Below are positions 11,870 to 24,714 of a DNA stretch of 64,000 bases, in pieces (within the stretch, counting starts at the first letter, position 1; each line of letters starts with the position of its first letter). Below the pieces are notes generated by a model. That model worked only from the letters and a program-made list of their open reading frames with translations. It searched no databases and was not told the DNA's origin. Made by a program: the position numbers and the translations under genes. This DNA comes from Octopus sinensis. Its lineage: Eukaryota. The stretch is taken from positions 12,161,022-12,225,021 of the forward strand of contig NC_043011.1 of NCBI RefSeq assembly GCF_006345805.1, read 5' to 3'.

Positions 11870-14370
11870 GGCTAGAAGAGTCCTGGTGTTTCCCCCAACG
11901 CAAGGCATATACAATAGTCCACCACGACGATAAAAAGATAGGGAGCCAATGTATCTCCCTGAAGCACTCCAATCAGTCTCTCAAAGAACTCCGTCATCCT
12001 GTCAGGTGTAACGTCTTGGGCTTTGGTGTTGGTGTAGAACAGTGATATCAGGTCCAGTATCTTCTTGGGGATTCCATAAACCTGTAAGATCATCAGGCAG
12101 TGATGGTCCACACAATTAAATGCCTTCCTAAAGTCAATGACAGCAGGAAGACTCTTTGCTCTAGCTCCCTCTAATATCCTTCTCAGCATTAGGATGTGAC
12201 TGGTGGTTGATCTCTCTCTAAAGCCATTCTGGTTGTCCCTGAGCTTCTTCTTCATCCTGTTAAGAATCTTCCTGCTGAAGGTGTTTGCCACGAGTGACAT
12301 CAGTGAGATCCTCCTGTAGTTGTTGGTGTTAGAGAGATCTCCCTTCTTTGGCATTAGGACGATGTTACTAATCCTCCACTGATTTGGGACAACTCATTTT
12401 TCCAGTCCCTGGTTACAGAACTCCAGGATGATATCAAAATCACACCTCTTCATCACCTCTGCTGCTACTTCATCTTTATCGGCTTAGCCCTCCTTGATCT
12501 CCTTCTTGGCTTTCTGAAGCAACTCTTTGGCAAAGGGTCCTGTTTCAATACCCAGTTCCTCAAACAGCTGCCTGATCTACCCAGTGTTCTGGGTTGTGGA
12601 AGGTGACTCTCCTAGTAGGGTCTTAAAATGGTCCGGCCATTTACTCTTCCTAACCTCGGGCCCTGTTCCCTGGATCTGACTTGAACTCCCTCTCTTCCTC
12701 CCTGTGATCTTGTTGATGATCACCCATCTCTCTTTACACCTAGACCCATCAACCACTCTCTCCACGCTTCTAATTTTCTCCATCAGTGTCTCTTCTCTGG
12801 CTTCAGTGTAAGTGGTACAGAGTTCTTCCTTAATCACCTCCACATCCTCCTTCATCTCCTCTGTAGGATCAGCAGGGAATTGGTCCTTGGAAGCTTTCAG
12901 GTGTTCTCTAGCTATGCACACTTTAGAGTCTACAGAGTTGATGTTCCTTCTTTTCTTCTGTCTCCTCGACACCAGAATCTCACTTGCTTCTGCCACTGTT
13001 TTGGTGAAGTACCCATACCTCTATGTTACTCTGTCCTCACTCCCTCCAATTTCTCTCTCACTCTCTCTCTCTCTCTCCTCTGCCTCTCCGCACAGAGCAC
13101 TGAACCTGTTCCTCACTTCTACTGTGTACCTCTCCTGTAGCTTTATCATCTTCCTTGAAAGCTTCTCAGTCATAAATTGCTCTCCAGGGCTGAGCCTAAC
13201 TCTTTCTTAACTTCACCCAGACCTTACTCATAACAAGTTACTTCTTAACTTCACCCAGACCTTACTCATAACATAGTTACTAGTGTACTGAAATAGTTGT
13301 ATGGTTCTGTGTTCAGAACACTATTCCGCTACTTCTTCTTCACTAGAATGAAAGCAATCTGGGACTTGGACAAGTGTGTATCAGAAATGTAGATCCACAT
13401 TTTCCCCAGATTTTTCCCAAACCTTGGGTTGGTTGCCATCAAGTTTGCCTCCAGCAGAGTGTCCCTCAGTGGTCTCCCATTTCAGTTGAGATTGTTATTG
13501 AAGTACCAGCAAGGATCTTCATCTCTCTCCTTACTCAGATGTGCACTGAGATCACCCAGAACAAGCAGGATGTTATGAGCTGGTGTGGTGTTGACAGTTC
13601 TACATACTTCCTCATGGAACTCTCCCACACTTGCATCACTGTCCCCTTCGGTTGGACTATAGGCTGAGATGACTGTCAGCCTTGGGTTTCCATTGAAGGT
13701 CACCCTCAACACTTGCAGAGAGATAGGTATGATTTTCCTCACTAACAGATTGGCTCTTGCGCTCAACACAACACCCACTCCTCCTACTGCAGCTCTAGCC
13801 ATGTTCCTCACTGCTGATGTGGTGATGAGCTGGTTCTTTTTTCCAATCATCACTGTGTTCATGGGCTCATCGTGTAGGATCCTGTGTTCTTGGATCGCAA
13901 GTATCTGCATATCACTCTCCTCAAACAGATGACCCAACCCCTCTCTCTTCTCCAGCATCCGAACAGTCCTCACATTCAAAACGCTAATTTTTGTGGTTCT
14001 TCTGCAGGACAAAAGTGTGTTCTTTATATTTGTCTGGTCCATCATCCACTGGCCCTCCCTGTGGCTCTAAACCAGCAGGGTCATAACAACCAGGCTGCTC
14101 CTCGACAGTGTAGTTAGGGGCTCTAACCCTAGTGTTGTTGTTAAGTACACTCTTCATAATTCTTTTCAGTGGCTGATAATACCTTACCGGTGCCACTCGA
14201 GTAAGATAATTATTTAGCCCTTAAAGAGAGCCCTAACAGGTACTACTACTCTGAGCCATAGCAGACCTGGGAGTGATGACATCTTAGGGGTAACTCCACA
14301 TTCCCCACAGGTCTTGGACTGGACTCCTGAACTGGAGCCTTGCCACTGGATGAAGTTTGTCATACCCAGG
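11870..14370 (-). mobile_element. RTE-clade LINE (APE endonuclease plus RT), degraded and 3'-truncated
   Basis: APE motifs ISVLNVRT, LAIQEHR, VISAYSPT and VLGDLSAH (13482-14045). RT motifs PKKGDLSNTNNYRRISL, QNGFR, IDFRKAF and GVLQGDTLAPYLF (11872-12354). Confidence 0.9.
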
Positions 14371-14434
14371 ACTTATACACATATGTTCATATAAATATGC
14401 AAGTACACACACACGCATATATTAGGTAGGTAGG

Positions 14435-14484
<50 letters not shown>

Positions 14485-14978
14485 TACATATATATTTTTC
14501 CTATTCAGATAGATACATACTCATTAGTACACAAACACAAGTACCTATATACACACATATAATTACCATATATATAATGAATATATGCACATATATTTAC
14601 ACACACACACACACACACACACAAATATATAAGTAATGAATATGAATTAATGATATTACTAAAGTTACTGCAAATAATAGAGAATAGCAATAAAAATTAT
14701 TCAGTACTGATAATGATGGTGAATACAATGAAAATTTGATGATGATGATGATAATAATAATTAATTAATTTGTAATAATAAACAAGTTCATAATATAAAA
14801 TTTGTAATAAATTAACATTCTTAATAAGAATTACTATTCGTAATAATAAGATTAATAAGAACACAAGTATTGCAAAAAATAATAGTTGAATAAATTAGGG
14901 TTATGTAGAGTATTAGTTTATGGAGTGAGTTAGTTTAGTAGGTGTGTGTGTCTGTGTGTGAGTGTATGGATATATATA

Positions 14979-16160
14979 CAGTGGGGGGAAATAAAATTCT
15001 TTATTTGTTTAATTTCTTATGAACATAAAGGAGATATACCAATACTATATTTGCATACAGATACATAAACTAAGAATATGCAAAAGAAACTAATAAATTA
15101 TAGTAACTAAGGAGTTTATATTCAATTATAAATATTTAGGGGTGAAAAAAGTATTCGTACAGAACATAAATAACTGATAACTCTGATTTAATACTTCATA
15201 GCATAACCATTATTCAGTTCCACTTCAACCAATCTCTTCTTGTAGTTCTTAATCAATGACTTGCATGTTTCTTTAGGAATTTTTTCCCATTCTTCTTGAC
15301 AAATTTTCTTCAAATCTGCAATGCATGTTGGGGCTCTTGGAGGAATTTTAATTTTCAAATAACGCCACAAATTTTCAATGGGGTTCAAGTCAGGTGACTG
15401 GCTTGGCCATTCTAATAATTTTATATTGTGATCGACAATCCATTTTATGGTAGACTTCGCCGTGTGCTTAGGGTTATTATCCTGTTGTAAAACCCACCCT
15501 TCACAAAGCTGGAGCTTTTCTACAGAGTCCAATAAATCATTGTTCAAAATATTTTGGTACATCTCTGCATTCATTCTACCAGCTATCACATGTAAATTGC
15601 CAGTATCATTTGGAGAGAAACACCCCCACACCACCTCCAAACTTTACAGTAGGAATTATGTTTTTCGGCAAATAGGCGATACCATCTTTTCTCCGAACAT
15701 GGCTATGCGAATTTCGTCCAAATAGTTCAATTTTCAACTCATTGGTCCATAGAACATTTTTCCAGAATGTATCAGATTTATCTTTATGTTCATAAACAAA
15801 TTTTAAACGGGCATCTCTATGCCTTTTAGTCAACAGCAGAGTTTTTCTAGGACAGCGTGATTTCAGTTCATTCCTATGAAGTTCATTGCTGATTGTTTGT
15901 AGTGTAACACTAGTCCCTGAAGCTAACAAATCTTCTTGCAACTCTGTTAAGTGTCTTTGGAGAATAAGATTCCAAACTTTCATGTAAGCATAAGTTGCAC
16001 AGTTTTCCATTCCAGAGTAGAATTTAACTTTGGTGAGGATATTTGACTTGATATTGTAAGATCATTATCATAGTTAGCTAAAAATGTTTGGTTAGTTTTG
16101 TTTGAATGTCTAAAGGAATAATTGTGAGAATTGTACCTGAGCTTAAAGGATTTGGATGTC
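14979..16160 (-). mobile_element. Tc1 (DD34E) transposon remnant; only one TIR end visible
   Basis: TA then CAGTGGGGGGAAA at 14979, with an inner related repeat GGGGTGAAAAAAGTATT at 15139. Transposase motifs VLWTNELKIELFG, QQDNNPKHT and WPSQSPDLNPIENLW, with 34 residues between D and E. Frameshifted. Confidence 0.9.
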
Positions 16161-16224
16161 ATACTGACGTAGACCCTGAATGAAGAGTTAGCAGTATCAG
16201 TACATTTGTAGACTATGTCATTAA

Positions 16225-16443
16225 CCCTTTAGCATTTAAACCAGCCATATTCAGCCCTAATATTCTACTCGTTTTACTCTCAAATCAACCAGATCCCATC
16301 TCTTACACCTACCCTACAATGGCATTCTAAAAATACTTAACCATATCATCAAAATCTTGAAGCTACAAGATAATACATGGTTATTCAAAACAATGCAAAT
16401 AAATAAGCATTACATTTGACAAAATAATCGAAATGCTAAAGGG
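16225..16443. mobile_element. piggyBac-type MITE
   Basis: TTAA flanks (16221-16224, 16444-16447) and TIR CCCTTTAGCATTT / AAATGCTAAAGGG. Copies at 27139 and 32801. Confidence 0.88.
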
Positions 16444-16449
16444 TTAACT

Positions 16450-16760
16450 AGACAGTTGTTGTTGAGCTGGTAGGGGTTGTGGAAAGGTTTTCTTTAGTTT
16501 CGTGTAGTTTGCAAGTGTTTCAAGAAGCAATAATTTGTTTGAAGTTTGGAGTATTTGAGAAAAAGCTTTTTTACTGTATTTTTCATGAAGATTTTATGGT
16601 ATCTGTGGCTTGGAGGAAAATGTTTTCTAAGTAGGGTCAAAAAGCTTTTCCTTTTTGGGGAGCTACATTCATGTAGTATGGAGGTGTAGGCCATGTTGTG
16701 TTTCTATTCCTGTTGTGTGTGTTGTGTGTTAGTGCTCAAAGTGTGATTGTGTCTTCATAG
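16450..16760 (-). mobile_element. Penelope-like element fragment
   Basis: KSFLTLLRKHFPPSHRYHKIFMKNTVK resembles the PLE RT-to-GIY-YIG linker; homologous to 36649-36850. Confidence 0.65.
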
Positions 16761-17739
16761 CCACTTCTGCAGAGTGCATTGTTGTAACAGGGTGCAGCTT
16801 CTGTAACAATTTACCTCTTTACTTGAAGATTGAAAAGTCTGTGAGAGATGTTAGGAACAAGGTAGTTGATTATGCTCCCATGGTGTTTGAATGTATATAG
16901 ATGTAATGCAAATATTCATTTGGTTTGTGGTAGGGATAGTAAAGAGAATTAAATAAAATCTTATGTCAAGGAAGTTGGCCTTAATTAAGCCTCCAAGGCA
17001 CATGCATTCATTTATATATATGTGTGTGTATATGTATACACTCAGACATATATGTATGAATGTAAAGATGCCTGCATAAATTACCATCTGTCCATTCATC
17101 CTCCCTCCCTCCTTCCTTCCTTCCTCCCTTCCTTCTTTCCTTCCTTCCCTCCTTTCCTTCTTTCCTTCCTTCCTTCCATGTGTGTGTATAACTAGGTATA
17201 TAAGTGAAACAGTAGAAAAAGGGAACAATACGTGCAATAACTGATTTCCCTACACAAGGTTTCATGTGTTAGTGCTGTGCCATTTCTAGCACACCTTATT
17301 CCCATATAACCTTTAATTCAAGTTACAATGTGTGTGTGTATATAAACACATGTATGCTTACATGCTCTACAGCTGCCATTACTTTTGCTAGTTGCTTTTG
17401 GTCTTCATTTAGTCATTAGCCAACGTCGACAACTTCGCAGCCTTCCGACTCTTGATGCAGCGGAACATGATGGATGTGATGGTGGAGAGTGAGCACATTC
17501 CACCAACTCTCAGCTGCTACCAATTTCAGCTGATTAAACTGTAGCAACATGAAATCTAGTGCTATGTTCAAGGGCATGACATGCTACGTACCCCAGGAAT
17601 AGAGCCTACCATTTTATCATGTGCCAACATTTACACACACATACACATCAAATTAATGACATGACATAGAGAAACAAGTTGCCAAAATACACACACACAC
17701 ACACCTCATATATATCCTCATTATTTATATATGTGCTCA

Positions 17740-17896
17740 CACGGAGTGGTTGGCGTTAGGAAGGGCATCCAGCTGTAGAAACATTGCCAGATCAGACTGG
17801 GCCTGGTGCAGCCTTCTGGCTTCCCAGACCCCAGTTGAACCGTCCAACCCATGCTAGCATGGAAAGCAGACGCTAAACGATGATGATGATGATGAT
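17740..17896 (+). mobile_element. (ATG)n-tailed SINE 3' part
   Basis: Reverse complement of the 5795/6836 family, ending in (GAT)n. Confidence 0.8.
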
Positions 17897-18136
17897 GGCT
17901 GTGTGCCAAGAAGTTTGGTTCCTAACTATGTGGTCTCAGATCCAGTTCCATTATGTGACACATTGGGTAAGTGTCTTCTACTATAGGCTTGAGTTAACCA
18001 AAGTCTTGTGAGGGGATTTGGTTGATGGAAACTAGAAGAAGCCTATCATATGTATGTATGTATGTGTGTGTGTATACTCTTGACTTAATATCATGTAATG
18101 GTTGTAAGCAAGCGTCACTGACATACAGGTAATGAC

Positions 18137-18621
18137 ATGCATAAGATCTGGTCATCAAATCTAAGTAGAGACTTCAAACTTGAAATCTTCAAAGCCACAG
18201 TCGAACCAATTCTACTATATGGCTCAGAAACCTGGACATTATCAAAGAAGCTTGAGAGGCGGTTGGATGGAACCTACACTCGCCTCCTTATGAGAGCTCA
18301 AAATCTCTCATGGAAGCGTCATCCAACCAAAATGCAAATATATGGGAAATTACCACCTGTGTCATCTCTTGTGAAAAGTAGGAGAGTCCAGTTTGCTGGA
18401 CATTGTTGTAGAGCTGAAAACGAGGCAATTTCTACTCTTCTCGTCTGGAAGCCATCTACTCGCAATACCAGAGGGCGCACACTCTCCTACCCTGATGTAA
18501 TCTCCAGGGATACAGGCATCCAGCAACAGCACCTCCGTAATGCTATGATGGACCGTGAAGTCTGGCATAGCATGGTAAATTTCATTGTCTCGACCACGGT
18601 CGAACAATGATGATGATGATG
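18137..18621 (+). mobile_element. RTE-clade LINE 3' end, 5'-truncated, open frame with (GAT)n tail
   Basis: KIWSSNLSRDFKLEIFKATVEPILLYGSETWTL...RRVQFAGHC...GRTLSYPD...AMMDREVW. The stop overlaps the (GAT)n tail. Confidence 0.9.
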
Positions 18622-19550
18622 AATGTTGTTCATTTCCTGTCTACCAAAAAAAAACATGTCTGGCCAATGGGTAATATTAGCTTGCTTGGAAATAGGTGAG
18701 GGTTGGCGACAAAGGGCATCTGGCTGTAGAAAATCTGCCTCCACAAATTCTGTCTGACCCATGCAAGTATGGAAAAATGGACATTAAATGATGACGACAC
18801 GTACATGCATACACATACACGTATTAAACTGAAAATGCTGTAACTAAAGTTTTGTGTATATCACTTGTCAAACTGATGCCTGTGTTACCTGGAAATTTAT
18901 TCAGTCAACATTATCTATATGGGAACATGCTAAAATCTACAGTCAAGGTGATAATGGTGCATAGATTTTAGAATCCCACACCCGTAACATATGTAATTGG
19001 TTGGTGAACATAATTCCCTCCTGCGATAGGCATATAACTGAATGAATGTAATTGAAAGGGATTTGAGTGAAATGCAAGTTTTTATTTTTCAAAATTCTGA
19101 TTCTCCCTCCATAAGGTGGTACAGCTGTGTATATGTACATGTTCAGTTTGGTTGTCACATATATCTTTGATAATTTGATGGAGAATATCAACTTCATTCT
19201 AGACTCCTTTGTATAAAAGTATTTTTACCAGCAGGTCCCATAGAAATTCCATAACCAGTCAGCACATTTGAAAACATGTTAATACATTAAACCCAAGCAA
19301 GGAGTTTCAAAAAAATGTTTTTGATGTCCTAATATTTATTATTATCCATATTTTATAAATTAATGTTTCGTTCAAACAGATGATAATTAATTGCATTAAA
19401 GCACAAACGTTGAGGGAATTTAAAAGAATAAAAATACGTAAGCCAACTTCAATGTTTACTGCCCAACAACCAACAAGGCTCAGTCTGGGAATATTTACAT
19501 TTCTTTTAATTTCATTTTCTGGTGGATTAATTCATAATATTTTGTATGTG

Positions 19551-19974
19551 TTACAAACGACATAATCGTTTATATTTGCAACTACTGATTTTCAATCTGA
19601 TAATCAGAAAATCAATTCTTGATATTACAAAGACTCACATGAAGTCTACGCTGGAGTAAGGACATTGCTGCTGCACACACAGACATCTTAGACTGCATCT
19701 AGAAGAGGGCACATGATTGGTATGAAGTCACTCACAGAAATGTTCCAGATTTTGTCCCATAGTGTCTTCTCTCTACTTTTCTCTACCGCTGCTATAATGG
19801 CCTCTGCTCCACAGAATTGATTGGCCTCATATCACCTCCACTCAGGCATTTCTGACCCACTTACCTCTTCTCCTTTCATTATCCTTGTTGTGTCCAAGAC
19901 TTACATTTAAAGACATAGCATAACATAATTTTCTAAAAAAAACCTTTTATTATTGTCCAAATATATCAGAATTT
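19551..19974 (+). repeat. Left arm of a ~420-bp long-range inverted repeat (partner 28078-28490)
   Basis: Colinear reverse-complement match, e.g. TTACAAACGACATAATCGTTTATATTTGCAACTACTG vs CAGTAGTTGCAAATATAAACGATTATGTCGTTTGTAA; roughly 90% identity by eye. Confidence 0.9.
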
Positions 19975-20647
19975 GTATTTACTGTAAAATACATCATTAT
20001 ATTCGTAGTTAAATATTAATTATAAATTACAAATAAGCTATCTTATTTATACTAAATGATTATACATTTATAAATACATTAATTTAATTTATTAATTAAT
20101 GATAATAATAATGATGATAATAATAATAATAAATGAATAATTTTACATAATGCTATATTGTGATCAAAAACATTTATTTCCAAATAAGTATTTCTGTTTT
20201 TTTTTTTTCTTAAAATAGCTAATTTGTTTATAAATATATAAACTTTTAATTACAAAAATATATTTTTTTCCCTCTCATAAACTAATTTAGTATTTGTTCT
20301 AGAAATCATTTGTGTAAGTATGAATAAGTAGATTGCAACAATTATTATATACAGTTATATATTTTTGAATAATAGTAAATTTGTGTATTAATTGTGATAC
20401 AAACTAAGTTTGATAATTTTTTTATAATATCGTGTACTTTATAGCTTGTATTCTTATTGTAACACTCTAATTTTGTTACTCCTGAAAAACTTTGTAAAAT
20501 TTTGAAATATATTATTTATAGTTTATTATCTAAGAAACAATATAGGTTATATTTATTGTAGATCTATTTTTTTTAATGTTTATGCTTTTGTTTATTTATA
20601 TTTATGGAGTTCTCCGATAATTTAGGTAAATAAGGGCCATTATTTTT

Positions 20648-21081
20648 TACATTATTTACTTTTGACAGATATTTATCCTCATCTTGTTTGTTGTTAACAC
20701 AACGTTTCAGCTGATATACCCTCCAGCCTTCTTCAGGTGTCTTGGGGAAATTTTGAACCTGGGATCACACTAAGGTATTTTTTTTATATTATTATAATTA
20801 TTCAGGTCACTGCCTGAAATCAAACTTGGAATCTTGGGGTTAGTAGCCTGCACTCTTAACTACAAGTGGTTGAGAGTGCGGGCTACAAACCCCAAGATTC
20901 CGAGTTCGATTCCAGGCAGTGACCTGAATAATTATAATAATATAAAAAAAATACCTTTGGAATAAGAACCCAGGTTTGGAATTTCCCCAAGACACCTGAT
21001 GAAGGCTGGAGGGTATATCAGTTGAAACGTGTTAACAACAAACAAGATGAGGACAAATATCCGTCGAATGTAAATAACGTA
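20648..21081. mobile_element. 434-bp palindrome: two inverted copies of a tRNA-like head joined to a Penelope-type hammerhead tail
   Basis: Arms fold back around AA at 20864-20865. Each arm has B-box-like GAGTTCGATTCC and an HHR-like CTGA(A/T)GA...GAAACGT motif. Confidence 0.85.
20696..20741 (-). ncRNA. Minimal type I hammerhead ribozyme motif (Penelope-type)
   Basis: Minus strand: GACAC-CTGAAGA-AGGCTG GAGGGTATAT CAGCT-GAA-ACGT-T-GTGTT. Stem I GACAC/GTGTT, intact core, palindromic ACGT stem III. The mirror copy at 20991-21033 (+) has core CTGATGA but a 3-nt deletion after stem III. Confidence 0.65.
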
Positions 21082-21411
21082 CATAATTCCTTATCTCTTA
21101 AATATAGAACTGCATTATCTTTTAGTTACTTCAAAGAATCTTAATTCCAGTAACTTCTAATTTAGTTACTTCTGAAAGACTTAGTAAAATCTTGATATTT
21201 ATCATTTATATTTATAGTCTATTATATCCTTTATCTAAGAAATAATATAGGTTATAATTGTTGTAGATTTAAGTCTTTGTTTATTTTATTTACTGAGTCC
21301 TCCCTTTAATAAAGTACCTAAATAAAGAACATTATTTGTGAATCACTTTGAACAATATTTATATCTGTAACTTGAAATAAATGAGAAGTGTTATTCTATT
21401 TTATCATTATA

Positions 21412-23204
21412 CTAGCAGTATCGCCCGGCGTTGCTCGGGTTTGTAAGGGAAATAACTATATAAGCATTTTTAGAGAGTTATAGCCAAAAAATAGCAAAAA
21501 ATGCATTAAAAATGGAAAAAATATGATGGTAAATTTTTTTTTAAATCGTTGACTCATCGTAGACATTTTTAGAGAGTTACTTCCCTTATATAATAGCGAA
21601 AAAATGCATTAAAATGGAAAAAAAACGATGGTAAATTTTTTTTTTAATCGTAGACTCATGTAGACGCTTTCTTAGCCATTTCTGTTTTGGTGTCTAAAAG
21701 CCATGAAGTCGTTGTTCTAAAAGAACACTGGTCTCCTTGACAACGCATTACGACGTTGATTTCCTTACACTCCCTTCCCCACAGGTGCAGGTGTGAGCGT
21801 GGACGCCAACTCCGCCGCCATCGACACACGAAAAATTATGCATTAAAATGGAATAAAAAATGATGTTAATTTATTTTTAAAATTGTAGACTCATCGTAGA
21901 CGCGCGCTAATATTCAGACGGGCTCGATATGAATCACGACTATAAGCTACCCGAATTTGGTTAAACTGCACCGCAAAATGTGGGAGTAGTTAGGAATCTA
22001 AATCGAAGGGGACAGACACTCACACAACTACAGTTTTATATATATAGATATACATAGCGCAGTAGTGGTGAGATGTGACAGCAAAGAAAAGCATACATTC
22101 ACTCTCTGCATGCAATTAGACTCGGAAAGTTCGTGAGGAACCCATTGACCCAATTTGCTGACTTTTCCGATAGCACACAGGTGTCAATGAATGGTTGAAT
22201 GACCAAATCCAAGCTTCTCTGCTAGTTCCTCAACAGTTACGATGATATTTTGTTCCACCAGGATTTTCAGGATGTCCTTGTCGAGTTCTACAGATCTTTC
22301 AGGATGAGGCTCGTCTTCTAGACTGTAGTTTATGGCTCGGGATTTCTGGAACCACCATTGACACTGCCTTACGCTTATTGTCCAATCCCCATATACTGCA
22401 TTAATATTTCTTGTACTTTGCACACATTTATATTCTGTTATTCTTTTATATGTTTCAGCCTTGAGGTTGTGGTCATGCTGGATCATGTGTGTGTGTGTGT
22501 GTGTCTATCTGTCTGTCTGTCTGTATGTATATATGTATATGTATGTGTGTGAACAATAATATTTTCAACAGATGTGTTGCAAATGTATCTGATTGTTCTC
22601 AAGCTTCAATACTGTGTGTGTGTGTATGTGTGTGTATGTATGTATGTATATGTATGTATGTGTGTGTGTATGTATGTGTGTGTGTATGTGTGTGTGTATG
22701 TATGTATGTATGTATGTATGAGTGTATGTTTACTTTATTACTAACACAAGCCACTACGGTTATTTAATGTAAAGTTTTCCTCAAATCACTCTCTCTCTCG
22801 CTATTTACTCTCTTCCAAGAACATTTTCACTCACTCTTAGCTCTTAGCTTCCCATACATTTTACTCATGTATCTATCAGCGTCATAGACAGAATACTTTC
22901 AGTTTAGCCTTCCTCAAATCACTCTGTCGCTATTTACTTTCATTTTATTCGTTGCCCACTGTGTGTGTGCGTTTGCGTGTGGTGTAAACCAGACTAAGAA
23001 AAGCATTTGACACACACACCAGAATGTGAGTTTTCTGTAAATTTTGCTTAATTGGAGTTTAAATTTTAAAAACTGGACCTGGTATGACGCGATGCATTGT
23101 ACTCTTAAAAATGCTAGGTAAATTGTAATTGAAGAAATCCTATATTGTAGATTTGTATAACTCCCAAAGGGAGGCAGATAAAATCTGCCTTTTATAATAA
23201 GAGA
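21412..23204 (-). mobile_element. Non-autonomous composite Helitron, copy A (1793 bp)
   Basis: Minus-strand 5' end TC at 23204 (TCTCTTATTATAAAAGGCAGATTTTATCTGCC hairpin). 3' end CCCGAGCAACGCCGGG hairpin then CTAG at 21412, followed by target T. Internal second 5' end (TCTATATATATAAAA) at 22048. Confidence 0.85.
22060..22440 (-). pseudogene. Mariner transposase N-terminal fragment captured inside the Helitron (second copy ~23850-24115)
   Basis: VYGDWTISVRQCQWWFQK...TVEELAEKLGFGHSTIH*HLCAIGKVSKLGQWVPHELSE. Confidence 0.85.
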
Positions 23205-24325
23205 CTAGCAGTATCGCCCGGCGTTGCTCGGGTTTGTAAGGGAAATAACTATATAAGCATTTTTAGAGAGTTATAGCCAAAAAATAGCCAAAAATGCATT
23301 AAAAATGGAAATAATATGATGGTAAATTTTTTTTTAAATCGTTGACTCATCGTAGACATTTTTAGAGAGTTACTTCCCTTATATAATAGCGAAAAAATGC
23401 ATTAAAATGGAAAAAAAACGATGGTAATTTTTTTTTAAATCGTAGACTCATGTAGACGCTTTCTTAGCCATTTCTGTTTTGGTGTCTTCAAGCCATGAAG
23501 TCGTTGTTCTAAAAGAACGCTGGTCTCCTTGACAACGCATTACGACGTTGATTTCCTTACACTCCCTTCCCCACAGGTGCAGGTGTGAGCGTGGATGCCA
23601 ACTCCGCCGCCATCGACACACGAAAAATTATGCATTAAAATGGAATAAAAAATGATGTTAAATTATTTTTAAAATCATAGACTCATCGTAGACGCGCGCT
23701 AATACTCAGACAGGCTCGATATGAATCACGACTATAAGCTACCCGAATTTGGTTAAACTGCACCGCAAAATGTGGGAGTAGTTAGGAATCTAAATCGAAG
23801 GGGACAGACACTCACACAACTACAGTTTTATATATAGATATACATAGCGCAGTAGTGGTGAGATGTGACAGCAAAGAAAAGCATACATTCACTCTCTGCA
23901 TGCAATTAGACTCGGAAAGTTTGTGAGGAACCCATTGACCCAATTTGCTGACTTTTCCGATAGCACACAGGTCTCAATGAATGGTTGAATGACCAAATCC
24001 AAGCTTCTCTGCTAGTTCCTCAACAGTTACGATGAGATTTTGTTCCACCAGGGTTTTCAGGATGTCCTTGTCGAGTTCTACAGATCTTTCAGGATGAGGC
24101 TCATCTTCTAGGCTGTTCCAATATAGCTTTGAAAAAAATAGCTGTTAAAATCGAAATGCACTCTTCAAAACTTGCACTATGAATAAGGACAAGATAAAAT
24201 TACTACCTGCTTTTATAGCAAGTTAATATAAGTAGTTTATCCCATTCCCCTCTGACTTTTAGTTCAAGCTGTTGAAAAAACCGCATTATTATATATATAC
24301 ATACATACATACATACATACATACA

Positions 24326-24357
<32 letters not shown>

Positions 24358-24591
24358 CACACACACTCTCTCTCTCACACACATGCACACATTTATATTC
24401 TGTTATTCTTTTATATGTTTCAGCCTTGAGGTTGTGGCCATGCTGGATCATGTGTGTGCGTGTGTGTGTCTATCTGTCTGTCTGTCTGTATGTATATATG
24501 TATATGTATGTGTGTGAACAATAATATTTTCAACAGATGTGTTGCAAATGTATCTGATTGTTCTCAAGCTTCAATACTGTGTGTGTGTGTA

Positions 24592-24626
<35 letters not shown>

Positions 24627-24683
24627 ATGTATGTATGTGTATATGTATGTATGTGTGTGTGTATGTATGTATGTGTGTATGTA

Positions 24684-24714
<31 letters not shown>

